Shown: positions 39,095 to 52,659 of the stretch, in pieces
Position numbering within the stretch: the stretch's first letter is position 1
Layout of the letters: every line of letters begins with the position of its first letter
Assembly (NCBI GenBank): GCA_013239625.1
Contig: MU054212.1
Coordinates: 1,674,001 to 1,738,000 of the forward strand
DNA: 64,000 bases
Direction: 5' to 3'
Source: Lama guanicoe
Taxonomy: Eukaryota
Notes under the pieces: model-generated
What the model saw: only the letters and a program-made list of their open reading frames with translations
Databases searched by the model: none
What the model was told of the DNA's origin: nothing
Program-made: the position numbers and the translations under genes

Positions 39095-40790
39095 GTCATT
39101 CAGTGAATCTTTATTATCTATTATGTATGCTATAAACATGTGTTGAATATATAGTGGTCATCAAAAATAGACATGATTTATAATAAAAAACCAAATATAA
39201 AATCAGACTGTTCTGAGTGCTACTAAAGAGAGGGAAAGTTGCTTTCCATAAAAACAGATACTATAGGGATGTGATTTAACAGAGGAGATCAACAAAAGCT
39301 TCTCTGAGGAAGCAATAATCAGTCTGAGGAATGAATTATCATTAACTAGTTGAAGGGAGTGAGAAAGAATATTCTAAGCACATGTGAAAGCCCTGTGATG
39401 GGAGAGAGTATTGCAAGTACAAGGGAATTTTAAAAGTCCAGGGTGGATTGAGGAGAATGAGATAAAGAGATAATGTAGATAAGGTTGGAGAGATGGATAG
39501 GGGAAAAGTCATTCAGAACCTTGAAAGCCACATTAAGTAAGGAATTTGGTCTTTATCTTAAGAATAATAGGAAAGCAACCTGGCAGGAAGTCAGACAAAT
39601 GATGGTAGCTTGGACTAGGCAGTGATAGACAGAAGGAGATAACTGAACAAATATTTAGACTATTTAGAAGGCAAAACTTAGTTATGGGTAGAATGAGCGT
39701 GAAGAAGACATTAAGAATAATACCTAAGGGCTGGTATAACAGGATGGATGGGGAGGGTGGCATTTACTGAAAGAAAAAGCTATTGGAGAAGACCTTACTT
39801 AAGAAGAAAGATGATGAGTTTTGGTTTTGGACCCATTGAGCCTAAGATCAGGCCTCTTAGACACAGACAAGGAGGTCCAGTAGGCAACTGAACGTGTGGG
39901 TCTTGAATGCACATAGGTAGTCTGGGCTAGAGATAAATAAATAAGCAAACAAGCCATGTATACATGATAATTGAAGCTGTAAGCTTGGAAGAGCTTATCT
40001 GGGGAAAGTTTATATAAAAATCAGACAAAGACCAAGATCTGCAGAAAACTGACATTTAATAGTCAGACAAAGGGATGCGAGCCTGAAAAGAATAAGAAAA
40101 AGCAATTACACAGGTAGGAAGAAAACCAGGAGAATATCGTGCATGCTGGGAGGAAAGGCTTAAAGAAGAGAGTTGTGTTCAACTCTGTGAAATATTGCCA
40201 AGATGGGATAGAAGAGAGCTGAAAAGCGTTCATTCACTGAATTTAGTCACTGAGACTTTAACAAGGGTGTTATCATGGGAGTGATGGGACAGAAACCCTG
40301 TTGGAGTGTGTTGAGTACTGAGTGAAAGGTGTTTAGAAGAGGAAACAGTAAGTTTAGGACAAATTCTTCTAGAAATTTGAGTGTGAAGGGAAGGAAAGAG
40401 AGGTAGAACAGAAGTTGAAGAGCATTTTAATGTGATTTAAGATGATTTAACAAGTCCAATGAGAAGGGCTTGCTTGAGAAGAGCCTGAATATCTCAAAGA
40501 AAGAGACTTAATTGTAAGTGTGAGTTTCCTAAGGAGATGGGAGGGGACAGGAGGCAAAGTGTAGCCAAAGAATTGACTTTATAGGTGGGAGGATGAATAG
40601 CTCTTCTATCTTAAAAAGGGGGGAAGGAAGCATGGATGTAGGTTTGTAGACCAGAAGGCCAGTGCATGCTTGTTGGATGTCCTCGATGTCTTCTGTGAAG
40701 TGGGTGAGCTCACAGGCTGAAAACAAAGGAGAAGCTCTGAGTGCGGGAGGAGAGTAGAGATCTGTACAGTCATGGAAAGTAAGAGATTGA
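39095..40790 (-). mobile_element. Long L2 LINE fragment
   Basis: Purine-rich reverse L2: aaggaatttggtctttatcttaag, gatgatgagttttggttttggacc, gtccagtaggcaactg, tctgggctagagataaat, gaagaaaaccaggagaat. Confidence 0.85.
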
Positions 40791-41039
40791 GTTGACCAGT
40801 GCACAGGTGTGGACGCATGCATTGTTGAACAGTATTTGTGACCCATTTGAGGTGGATGGCCATGAACTTACAGTGAAACAGTAATAATTTCTTGAAAAAT
40901 GAAGCACAGTTATTTTAATATTCTCCCTAAATACTCCATCACCTATGGATTTGTTTATATTGCCCACTTAGAAAAATCTTGGTTGTATGTTAGGTCTTAT
41001 CTTCTTGTATGCCCAGTCATTTTTTATTGAGTACTCAAT

Positions 41040-41352
41040 GTTTTTTACACAATTAATGCTCATTATCACACAATTTCTGTGAGTCAGACATTGAGGGACG
41101 GCTTAGCTGGGTGGTTCTAGTTAGGGAGTTCCCGCGAGCTTCTACTCACGGTGTCACCTAGAGCTGTAGCATCTCAAGGCTGGACTGGAACTGCAGGATC
41201 CCCTTCCAAGTTGACGCACTCACATGGCTGTTGGTAGAAGGCCAAGGACTCGGTTTCCGAGCGTGGGGACTCTCGAGAGGGTTGCTTGAGAGCCCTCTGA
41301 CATGGCAGCTGCCTTCCCAGGGTGAGTGATGTTAGGAGCAAGATGGAAGCCA
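41040..41352 (-). mobile_element. MaLR LTR fragment (MLT1F-like)
   Basis: ttctgtgagtcaga...ggcttagctgggtggttct...cttccaag...ctcacatggctgttgg...gacatggcagctgccttccc. Confidence 0.75.
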
Positions 41353-41359
41353 GGGCTCA

Positions 41360-42050
41360 CTTATTTTTGACTGAGTGTTCAATAGAGAAAATTTGAGACA
41401 CTGGATGATGTTTTCTTCCTCCAGAGAAGACTGGCCATTGCTACCAGAAAGGGGCTAAGTTAAGGGCACTAGCAATTGCAGATCCTTCATCTTATCAGAA
41501 GTGGATATGATAAGAACTCCCTGTGAAGGCTCAATATTTTCAGTTCACTTTTACTTCTTGGGTGTGGTCCTTACAGCATCCAGCTAATTTCCTGGGTGCT
41601 TACTAGGCAGGCCTTGAACTCCAAGCTTTGACCCCCCCAGACCCTGGAGACTGCCACAATTCCTGCTCAGCTTCTCAGTCTCTCAGCTGTGCTTTCAGGA
41701 TTCCGGGTGCCTGAAGGGCCATGGTTCTCAGACTCTAGGGTACATCAGAATCAACCAGATGGTTTGTTAAAGCAGATTTCTGGGTCAGATCCAGTAGATC
41801 TGGGTGGAGCCAAAGAATTTACATTTCTAACAAGTTACCAGGTACTAATGCTTATTCAGTGCCTACACATGGGGAACCATCTTTCTAGGGAGAGGCAGCC
41901 TTGAACAGGCTTCCCTCCTCTCTGAGATTTGACAGTGTGATTTCTCACTGCCTTGGTAACTTTTCAGTGTCCTTAAACTGATGTTTCATTTCACATGTTT
42001 CTTACGATCAGAGAGAGGATTGTTCTGAACCACCTACTCTTCTGTTGCCA
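41360..42050 (-). mobile_element. Old L1ME-type 5' region fragment
   Basis: ttcttcctccagagaaga...gcaggccttgaactccaa...ctgctcagcttctcag resembles reversed L1ME 5' sequence; split by MER5A. Confidence 0.45.
41719..41882. mobile_element. MER5A hAT MITE
   Basis: tggttctcaga...catcagaatcacc-like...cagtagatctgggtggagccaaagaatttacatttctaacaagttaccaggt...gggaacca. Confidence 0.8.
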
Positions 42051-42114
42051 GAAAAAAAATAAAAACTTCCAAACTAATACTGATGGCTAATATGACAGAG
42101 AAAGTATGGTGTGT

Positions 42115-42230
42115 CAGACCATGGCTGGCATGGCTGTTGACTGAACAACTCTAGGGGACATCGCTCACATTGCATTTTATATGACTGGCTGCACCATGTT
42201 GGTGGGGTTGTGCAATGCAGCAGCTTTGTA
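42115..42230. mobile_element. MER91B/C-like palindromic MITE remnant
   Basis: acaactctaggggacatcgctcacatt...atatgactggctgc...ggggttgtgcaatgca. Confidence 0.45.
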
Positions 42231-42264
42231 TAGCTGGGTCCTGTGTGGTGATCTTTACATATAC

Positions 42265-42530
42265 TATTCCACTTATCCTCACAAAGTTCCTATAATCCTT
42301 ATTTGCAAATAAGGAAACTGAAACTTAGAATGAATAACTTTCCAAAGGTCACAGAGTTTGTCAATTGCTAAAACTCTGTTTCTCCATATGTGGGAAACCA
42401 AGTTTGCATTAAGCCTTTGACCTTCCCACCTTCCCTATCTGTAAAATGGGCACAGGAGTATTTATTCTCCACCTTGGAGCTAGGTAGAGTGAATTAATGA
42501 AGCAGTGAGTTTAAACTCTTGAGAGTTTTG
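42265..42530. mobile_element. Two MIR fragments (- then +)
   Basis: ataaggaaactgaaacttag...aaggtcacag, and ccctatctgtaaaatggg. Confidence 0.7.
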
Positions 42531-43631
42531 GGAAATAAACAGCTTTAAAAGACAACAGCTCCATCCACTGAGGTGTATGAGACCATTTCTCCTCCCCTTC
42601 TTTTCCTCTTTCTCTTAAGAACATCGGGTGTTTATTCTTTTGTTTCTTCTCTCTCAGTGACTAATAACAAAGTGTTCTTTTAAAAAGTTAGGATTTTAAG
42701 AGCTCCTAGACTCTTCTGGCATTATTATTGCAACATAAAACTCTTTACCTGGAGGTCCCACATTGAAATGTAGACTGGGTCAGTAGTGGTCAGTCTGATA
42801 CTGGCCATCTGTGGACTATTGCACGGTTTATGTGGATTGGATTGTTGAGCTCTGCTTAACTTGCCAGTCCACGTTGGAAGGGGAGTGCCAGACACTGGTT
42901 GGCACTCTCAGCACAGAGGCCAAGACCTTGGTGGAAAGGCACTCAGCTTTACTGAGATTGTCTCCTGGAGAAAATATGCGTGGGGCAATGGAAAAAGGGC
43001 ATGAGTTGCTTGGGAAGAAAGAGAGAGATGTTCCCATAACCTTCCACCTTCTTGACTACAAAGAAGATACCTCTTTCCAGAAACAGGGAAGAGGTTCACT
43101 TCCTGGTTTGTCATTCACTTCTGGAACTTTATGCAGCAGAGAAGACAATTGCCAGTAGTAAATGATGCAAGTAATGTTGTGCAGAGGAAACTGCTCTTGC
43201 TTTGACTAAAGAGAGAGGAGCTGGACCACACAGGAAGGGGAGTAGGGTAGGGGAGCACGGGCATGAATGTACAAAGGGGCAGAGACCTTCCTATCTTCTT
43301 GGCACACGTAAACACTCATGTGAGATCTCTCCAACGCCCAGAGAACAAGCAGTAGGATGTCCTGCTGTTTCTTTTCTGTCTGGTTCTCTCCCAGCTGGCT
43401 CCATGCTCCTACAGGAAGGCAGGGTCTCTGTGTACTGCTCTTGTCATCTCCCATGGGGTCAATGTCAAGGACAGGTGTGGTCCCTGACACCCCCCCACCA
43501 CTCTCCCCCACTCAAGTGTACTATTTATTGTCATCTCTGGGTCTAGGCATTTTTAGATCAGTTTTGACTCAGGAAACAGTAAATGCTTTTTAAAATTTTT
43601 AATTTTTTCAAAAGGGGGCACATACATTCAG

Positions 43632-43710
43632 TTTCGTTTCTTTTCTTTTCTTTTCTTTTCTTTTCTTTTCTTTTCTTTTCTTTTCTTTTCTTTTCTTTTC
43701 TTTCTTTTTT
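43632..43710. repeat. (TTTTC)n pentanucleotide microsatellite
   Basis: About 12 perfect TTTTC units seen directly. Confidence 0.97.
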
Positions 43711-45599
43711 CAATTACTACATTGTCCCTATTCTAAAAGTCCTTGCCTGAATCCAGGGGCCTTCCCTAACTGGTCTGAATCTTCAACACACTGTCACTAG
43801 GGTGGAATATAGGAGATCCAAATTTCAGTGCATCAGTGTTTGAATGATGTTGAAAAGGGAGCAGTGAAGAACATGGAAATCCGGTGGTGGACAAGAAAGA
43901 CAGAGCAGCAGGGCAGGGGTGGTGTTTGCAGGAAGGTTTGTTAAGACGAGGGAGGAATTGTGCGTGTATTTTCAGTTTGGGAGACGGAGAAGAGAGCGGG
44001 AAGCCAAATGTGCTGGACAGAGGGGATAGCAGTTTTAAGCAAATGCCAGTGAAGGGAGAAAGGAAAGGAATGAACTGCACAGGAGGAGGAGGGATTCCTG
44101 AGAGGATGAGATATAGAGGGTGCTGTTATGGTTACATTTCAGACGGGAGGCAAGTCTTCGGCGCTTCAATTACAATGTGCTGTCTTTTCTTTGCACTGTA
44201 GAAGTCAAGACTCTTCCTTCACTGAGAGGTGGCCAGGAGCCTGGGAAATGTGCCCAAGATTTGTGGGAGAAGGGAAAAGAGGCCACAAGGGAACAGAAGT
44301 TGGGGGTTGCTGACAGGGCTGGGTGCAGAGGGATTTGCACCACTATCTGTATATTGGTGTCATCTTTAAAGTCATCCACCAACGCTTGCTTTTCATTCAT
44401 GCAGTGGGGATCACTTATATTAACAAGGAGGTTTGACATGAGGATTGGAGAAAAAACAGACTATAGAAAGTTCTGTCCAAGATATACATGGAGTGGGGGA
44501 AAAAAAACCCAATTGGGGTTGTCAAAAAGTTTTCGAAGAACTTTACAAAAAAACTTTTCTCTTATTTAAGTCAAAACAGCATGGAAAATAATAATATGGA
44601 GTTAAAGCTCCATTCTCTCTGTTGGAGGTGATGCTTGAAGAAAAAGAAAAATGTATTCTGTGGTTAGTCATATTTTAATTGGTCACAATATGAAGCAAAA
44701 GTTCAAAACTAAGTGCTAGAAATATCTCCCCTCTGGAACATTCAATTAAAATCTGTAGGGGGAAAAGCCTCAAAATGACAGCCAGAGAATAACAACGACA
44801 ACAAAAGCCACTGTAAACCTAGACATTGGCAGGCAGATGACATTGAAATGAGTTGCGTGTGTGTGTGTGTAGGGAGCGTTTGTTGAAGGTGGGGCCGGGG
44901 GACGGAGTGGTCATCATCCCGGGCACTCCTAGTGGAAGGCTCAGCCTAACCTGTGCACTGAACATTAATCTCCCTCCAAGCATGATTTGCTCCAAGCAAA
45001 AGTGTGATATGGACAGAGTTCATCTTAAGCATCTGGAATCCTGCCTTTCCATGCTCTTCTTCACCTTTGTAGTTCCTGCTCCCAACCCTTCAGTGTATCC
45101 AGTGTCTTCTCTCATGCCTTCACTCAAAGGATATGAAATGCATTCACACTGAGGTAAAAATAACTGAAGACAGAAAAGACCAGTTACTTATCTCAGGAGT
45201 ATCAGCACTTTAATAAGGCAAACCTTAGGTAAATCAAATGGTGCTGAACTCTGAAATAGCATCACATGCATAGAAGCCTGTTCTGCTTATTCATAAAAGG
45301 CTTTCCGAGACCTGCCCACTGTCCTGCCAACAAAAAGTCTATGTGGGATAGCTTATAGAATTATTTAAGTCCTGGAAGGGAACTTAGAAATTTTAACATG
45401 TTGTATTGATTAAGACGATGTTGAAATCACCATAATAAAAACTAAGGATTATTATAGACAATATGTACAATATGTCTATGAACTCTTTAGCATTTGACAT
45501 TGCACTTGACATATGCATGTCTGTGCCTATAGGTTTAGCAAGATCCTTATGCTTCACACACTCCACCTGAAGTCCTCATGCCAAGCCAGTCCCCCTCAC

Positions 45600-45790
45600 T
45601 TGTGAACTTACTTGGTCCTCACAGCCACTGCATGAAGGAGGCACTGTTATCTCAGTAGTACCGAAAAGGGAGCCGAGACAGAGAGCTTGAACATCTTGCC
45701 CAAACACACCTGGTGTGCGGGTGGTGGAGCTAGGATTTGAACTCCCGGTTCAACGGGGGTACAAAGCCTGGGCTCTAAGCCCTCTGCAGG
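45600..45790 (-). mobile_element. MIR SINE
   Basis: cttgcccaaacacacctgg...ggtggagctaggatttgaactcc. Confidence 0.75.
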
Positions 45791-47064
45791 CTGGCTTTGA
45801 GACTTTAGATGGACTTCACAGAGGCAGTGTTTTCTGAAACAAGTGTTAAAGAATGAGTTTTCTAGGTTGGAATGGGATGAGTGGGGGTTGGTTAGTCTTG
45901 CACACCTATGATAAAGCACGGTGGATTTGGGAAGGTCAGTGATGCAGCACGGTGGGCAGCTCAGGACAGACATCGGGGTGGAGCTGATGGTATATCCAGT
46001 AGCCCATGACAACCTGGGTTTTCATCTGTCTTCCAGCGTAATTACAAGTGGCACCCACTTTTACTCTCAAAAGAGTCTGGGTTTGGTTTGTGTGACGTGG
46101 TCCCCTCACCTATGAGGACTCGTTCCTACAGAACCCTGAATGGCATGCTACAGAGTTCGGATTTTGTTCTGTGGGGTGGGAAAGCAGATATGATGCCTAG
46201 AATTTCTTGGGAAAAGGACCAGAGTCACAGAAAGGAGACCTACCCTTGTGGTAATACAGGACCCACTTCGTAGCCTTGTGAAAATGAAATGAAATGGTTG
46301 AGAATGGAGGGGTATGTAGTCAAATGCTCAGTAAAGATTAGTTCCTTATATCCCTCTTCTTTGGTCTCCTTTTCTTTCTCTCTTTCACCACCCCCCTTCA
46401 TTCCTCCTCTTCCTCCTTTTATTTCTTCTCCTCGCCGTTATTCCTGGGAACCCCTTTCTCCTCTACAATTTCTCCAGTCTTCTCCTACCTAATCTCCATT
46501 CCTTCAAAGAGGAAGCAGGGGCTTCAGAGTTTTCAGAGGGGCAGGTGCAGGGTAAGGATGGTGAACCCATGCTAAGAAACAGGGTCCAAGGAATACCTTA
46601 AGGCAGCCTGGAGGTGGGACAGCCACCTGAGGTATGAAAAATTTCCCTAGATAGACCTGATTCTTGAAATTTAAGAGCTCAGCAAACTCAGCTGAAGGCT
46701 GTTACATTGGATGCTTATTCAACCTCACCCTGGCTGTAGAAGGGGGGGGGAAAAGCCAAACAACAACGGAAAGCCCACACTTTAATTCTTGCAGCTGGGA
46801 ATCTAGTCAGGGTCATGTTACCAAAATAAACAGCACAAAGCCAGCAGGCTAATATTAATATCTAATAGATCAAGCATCACACATCAGCATCACACATCAA
46901 ACACGGTGTGCTTTTGAAGCCGATATCAAATAATGTTTCCACTCTTGATTATGTTCCCTTTGTTCTAGGGCAGTAGAAAAGAAATGAGTAAAGAGTCCCT
47001 GGTCACATAATTTTGGGAGTTGATAACAGCAGGCTAAACAGTGAAAAAAGGAAGAACTGGAAAA

Positions 47065-47270
47065 TGATGCTTATTTATTAAGCACCATCAATGCACCAGG
47101 AACATGGTATACATTATGTTAACCCTACCAACAGCCTTATGAGTAGGGATTGTTATGCCCACTTTACAGATGAGGAAACTGGGTCCAGAGATTAAATAGT
47201 TGATAGTCATACCAACAGGAAGTGCTAGAGTTGGGATCCAAATGCAAGTGCTTCGTAAGAGCAGCCACAT
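47065..47270 (-). mobile_element. MIR SINE
   Basis: cccactttacagatgaggaaactgggtccagagattaaatagttg. Confidence 0.85.
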
Positions 47271-47399
47271 TTTTGCAAGTACTAACACCCTAATGTCATC
47301 AAAATACATATCCAGAGGTAATTTCATAGTGATGGGTCTGCTGGACATTGGCTCTGCTTGTAGCTTATCCAGTGTACACCATTAGAGCATCCAACCTTT

Positions 47400-48180
47400 T
47401 TGACTACTTCTTCCTTCCAGAAAACAGGCCTTCCTTGAGGGTGGTTACCTGATCTTCCTCCCACCTTTCCAGCTGCTTCCCAATCCTCTTTACTGGTTCA
47501 CTTTCTCTTTCTGGAAATTTTAAATCTCTTTAATCTACCCACTTCTCTCCACCTCCGCTGCCAATACTCTAGTCCAAAGCATCAACTTCTTCCACCTTGA
47601 CGGCTCACAGGCCTCTGAACACTCTTGGTATGACTTCTTTTCAGATGCATGCACTGCAGTGACCACCTTCTACCTGAACTTGAATGGCCTCCTGTCTGCT
47701 TAGAATAGAATAAAAGAACAGTACGAGCCTTCTCATGGCCTGAAACACCTGCATGTTCTCCACAGCCTCCCTCTCCAGTTTCATCTTAGGCTCCTCTATC
47801 CCTCACTTTCTGCTCCTGCCACACTGGCTTTATCTTTGTCCCTCAAATGATCACGTTTGTTTTAGCATCAAGGAAGGGTAAGCTTGTCCCCTGGTCCTAC
47901 CCCACTGTTTGCCAAACTCGTGTTTATCTTTCAGGAGAAAACTTCTTCAGGAAAGTTTCCCAGAATGACTGAAAAGTAGGTTGAGTCTTTCTGTTATGGG
48001 CTTTCATGGTACTTTGTTCTTCTCTTTCATAAGTTATTACAATTGACTGTTTGTGTAGTTTTGGGTTTAATATCACTCTCTGCTGCCAGTTTGTAAATCT
48101 GGGGACTTATTCAAGCCTCTCTGTTTTACCACTGTGCTTCCAGCATCTAGAACAGTACCTGGACCCTGTAGAATAAATGA
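47400..48180 (+). mobile_element. L2 3' part
   Basis: cccacttctctccacctccgctgccaatactctagtccaa...ccagcatctagaacagtacctgg...aataaatga. Confidence 0.8.
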
Positions 48181-48509
48181 GTGGGAGAAAAAAAATTTCA
48201 ATTTCCCAAATCATTATTCCCAAGGTAAATTGCAAAGCTATTGTATCTAATATTAACATGCTTAAAAGATTTAAACTCAGGGTCCCTGCCTTCCCAACTC
48301 CTTCATCCTCTCAACTCCCTTTTCCAGTTGAGTTCAGGGCTCTGTCCAGATGGGTACCAGTACTGCCACTCCTACAAATCCTGTTTTGAGTACGTTTCCC
48401 TCCCACACCCTCTCTGGTTCTCATCATCTTCGTTTTAGCTATTGGTGTCACCATTTCCTTTACCTCTTTAAAGTCAAAACCAAAGAAGCTTTAAAAAGTG
48501 CATATAGAC

Positions 48510-49630
48510 TTCTTTTTTGATTATAAGAGTTTTATATTTTCATTGTAGAAATTTGGAAAATATATTTATATAACAACAAGAAAATGAAAACGAGCTAGTT
48601 GTCTAACCAGCAATAATCATTGTAACTACTTTCATTACATTTCGATCTTTTTATACACAAACACATAAGTATTTTTAAAGTGTGGCAGGGTTCTGCCATC
48701 CCTTTTTTAATTAACATTTTTATTATGGAAATTTTCAAAATGGAGAGAACTGATAATTCATACTTATCATCAGTTTGTTATTCTTGTTTTATCTAATTCC
48801 TTTGTTTTATTTTTGAGTATTGGGAAGCAAATTCAAGATTTTATATAATTTACCCTATAACACTTCAGTATATATCTCTAACACTAAAAACTTTAAAAAA
48901 AATTACTAAAATGTCATTCCCATATCTAGCAAAACTAACAGCAAATACTCAGTTTCATCTAATACTTAGTGCATGTTTGGTTTTCTCTGACTGTCTTCAG
49001 ATTTTTTTGTTTGATTTAGAATTCAAAGTCTGCAATTGTATTTGACCTACGTATACATATTTTTAAAAATTAGGAACATACTGTGCAAGCTCTTTATAAT
49101 CTGCCTTTTAAATTAACATGTTATGCACATTTCCCGTGTATTAAATATTTCTCTTCAGTGATGTTAAGGTCTATATGATGTTCCATACTTCTTATATCCA
49201 GCATCTTATTGTTGGACATTTAGTTTATTTTCCAGTATACTACTCTTGAGGGACACTTTGATAAACGTATATGAGAAATGACTCATGAGAAGTAGAAAAC
49301 CTGGGCTCAAGATGAATAGACATGTTTGTCAGATTTTTTGATACTGCCAAATTGCTCTCCAGAAGGGGTACCTCAGTTTACCTTCCCATGGACAAGTGTC
49401 CTTACAAACACCAGGTATTATAATAGAAAAATTATTATTACTTTTATCCAAACCAATAGGTAAAATAATACCTGGTTATTGTTTTTATTTGCAATTTTTA
49501 GTGTGGTTAAATGTGACTTCATATGTTTAATAGACTTTTAGATTTCTTTGGACATTTTAATATTCATATTCTCTATCTAGTTTTCTAACTTGTTTTACAG
49601 TTTTTCATTTTATTATTGGTTGTAAGGGCT
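48510..49630 (-). mobile_element. Old L1 (L1ME/L1MC) 3' region fragments
   Basis: T-rich + strand with ttgtagaaatttggaaaata, attgttggacatttagttt and gatactgccaaattgctctccagaagg. Confidence 0.75.
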
Positions 49631-49784
49631 CTGTTTTGTTTGGTTTGGTAAACTTTACCAGGGAGGTTATGAGTGTTGCAAGTACTGTATTTTGGAGTTT
49701 GGTCTGCCCTTCTAGGATTATGTTTTATTCTTCCTGTTACATCTTTAATCAATCCTAATTTTTAACCCTTGTCCCTTCACAGTT

Positions 49785-50420
49785 CCTTAAATGTATCAAC
49801 TCCTCTTTTATATCACAATGCTGTGACTCTCACTGAACTTCTCAACAGCTCTTCCCTCTGACTGACTTTTAAAAAGATCTTCACTCTCTTTTCTCGTCCA
49901 TTGTGAAGGCTGCTGCCTACTGAATATTCCAATAGCCAGTTCCATCCTATTGCTCCTCCATTCATGACTTGAAAACAGCTTTTTAGAGCACATCAGATGA
50001 AATCTAAACTTTTCTGCCCAGCATTTAGTAACATTCACAGTTTGCCTTAAACTCTTTTATAAACTTATTTCTGATTCCTTCTGCACGGGGACCATTCACA
50101 GCAGCCCGAATGGTGTTCTTACTCTCCCCACCAGACAGCACTTCTGACCATGCTCATGTTTGTCCTCTTTTCGAAGCTCGCTCTAATCCACACCTCTCCA
50201 CCTTTCAAGATCCATCTTCAAGTCCCATCTGCTCTGTGAAGTCTTCTATGAGTTCCAGTTAGATCCATATGTCTTAGCATCTCCTGATCAACTATTTAAG
50301 TTTGGCTTCCTCAGTGGAAGTGTGCTGCCCTTTTGGGAAGCAGGTACTGTGTACTTGATTCTTTTGATTCTCCTGTAGTGCATGCGCTCGCCCCAGGGTT
50401 GGACACTTTCTAACAAATTC
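49785..50420 (+). mobile_element. L2 fragment
   Basis: gatgaaatctaaactt...ctttcaagatccatcttcaagtcccatctgctctgtgaagtcttct. Confidence 0.6.
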
Positions 50421-51179
50421 TTGGTGACGTGAGTCTACGTGGGAAGACAGCACTGCTCACTTGCCAAGAACAGAGCAGCTACTTTGAATCATACTCTCAG
50501 TAGTGATAAAAATGGTCACAGAACATCTCTGATCTTTAATCCTGTCTTCCTTTTGTCTAGTTCATGTAAACTGTGAGTGATTAGATTACATCCTCATTCA
50601 GTAGGAGTGGAATGGAATTTTCATCTGCACACAGACTGACTCACTGAAGGCAATTTAGTGATCTCAGTAGATGGATACGCTGTATCGAAAGGCAGCCAAC
50701 AGATTGGGAGTGTCCCTGTCTTAGCCAGGGGCGGAGAAAATATGACAGTCAGACTCTTTAAAAGCTGAATGATAAATTCAAGATGACGTTCACAGAAGCT
50801 GTATTTCCATTCTTGGGGAAAAAGAAGACAGGTGAGCTCAGCCCTTACGTAATAAAAGTTAAACATACAAGTGAAAAAAAGAATCCATTTGCTTATGCTT
50901 ACATCAGAGGACAGCACCGAACGTCAAGGGGTAGGTCCAATAGTTTTGCAAAGGGGCACCTCCTGGGAGTTTTTACAATCAATGTCATCCACAGAAAGTC
51001 ACTATCTTTACTGTAGTGAACGACAAATCACCTCCCAACTGATCTGCTTTTCAAGATTCCATGATGAACTCTACCCCTGGAAATGTCTGAAGCAAACGGA
51101 AGCTTAGGGGATTTAATGCTAAATATGGACTTAAAGTAGGAGACAGTTGTCCTGGCTGTGCTGTAGAGGTTTTCAAAGA

Positions 51180-51690
51180 AACTGTGAGAATGACGTATTT
51201 TGTCAGAGTGCTTGTTGTTCACTGATGTATCCTAGGTACCTAAAAAAGTGCTTGGCAGTTAGCAGGTGCCCAATACATGTTTGTTGAGTTTAACTTAATT
51301 GAAGTGTTCTTAAATTTCTGGTCCTATGGTGCATATCTGTGGGCACATGTATATACGCATCTGAATGGAAAGAAGTAAAAAGAAAAAGCACGTGTTTGCT
51401 CCCAGTGCTATAATGTTTCAAATCACAATATGTGCTGCTAATAATGGTGGTTTTCAATTTACAAAATTCTTTCACCATTCATTCACTCATTCAGTTGATA
51501 TTTATTGGGTGACTGTTGTGTACCAGGCACTGTGGTGGATATCAGGGATATGGACATGGTACCATCTCTGCAGGAAAAATAGTCAGATAAACAGACTGTT
51601 ACAGGGCAGGTGTCAGATACAGTGCTCGTCCAGGGTGGCTTAAGGATTGCTTCTCTGGTCTTTGGGGGTCAGGAATGGTTTCCCCAAGGG
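51180..51690. mobile_element. Two L2 3' ends in opposite orientation
   Basis: + tail gtgcttggcagttagcaggtgcccaatacatgtttgttga (~51290); - tail cattcattcactcattcagttgatatttattgggtgactgttgtgtaccaggcactgtg (from ~51475). Confidence 0.75.
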
Positions 51691-52659
51691 AGTGCTGCAT
51701 GGATGGCAGCTTGGTTGAAAATTTATCTCCCTGGTTTCACGTGCTTAGGGTGCGGGACCAACCAGAGCCCGTGGCTCCTCGTGCTGGGCTTTGTCAGACT
51801 GTCACCACCAGGCACCTCCCTATGCTCTGAGCTCTGTTATAGGTCTGGGACCTCCCAGCTGGGAGCCCCTGCTCAAAGTGGGACAGTACCGTGTGGATAA
51901 GGAGAGGGTCCTCAACAAATGTTCATGATACCAGGCTTCTGTTCAGTACTTTGCATAATTGAAAATAGACCCCTGCCCAGTCCACATCTAAAGACCGAAA
52001 TGTACTATAGGTGGATTTTGGCATTGGTTCCTGGGGGACAGGGAGAAGTAAAGTCCCCCAGGACATCTAAGTGAGGGGGAGAAAGACCCTTGAAGTGTCG
52101 TGTGGAGAGAGACCCTCCACAGGCAGTGCTCCCCCTAGGTTCTCCCCATCCTTATTCTGGTGAATATTGGACTCAAAACATAAGCATCAGCCACTAAAGT
52201 AGCCCCTGTGCCTCCTTTGTAGTTTCAGTCTGAGATCCAGCTCTGTTCTCTCTGGTGTTTGAAGGGCTGCATCCCCTACCTTGGTCTCCTTGGCTGGGGG
52301 AGGCTCTGACTTCCTGCAGTGATACAGAAGCACATTCTATAGCCCACTCTGCATTGGCGATGGAGCTTCCTGCTGTAGTAGTCCTGCCAGAATGTGAAGA
52401 GGGCAGTGAATCCACACCCAGCCACCCTCACCTTCTATTAACTGGCCTGAGATGTAACCAAGGCCATTGGGATGGGGCCACAGCCTTCCTGCTTCTCCCT
52501 CTGGGGGCTTGATTGGAGTCCCCGGCTTTTTTTCACTTGGAGTGGAAACAGTTGGCAGAGCAGGAACACATACATGGTTGTGAGATGATGAGGAGGATAC
52601 AATATTATTGCTGTAGGCCAGGCCTGCACGTGTCCAAACTGCATTCAACCCACGTTTAT

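Noticed and set aside
52125..52142. CTCF-like motif (also similar ones at ~908 and ~59155)
   Set aside because: Each mismatches key core positions of CCASYAGRKGGC.
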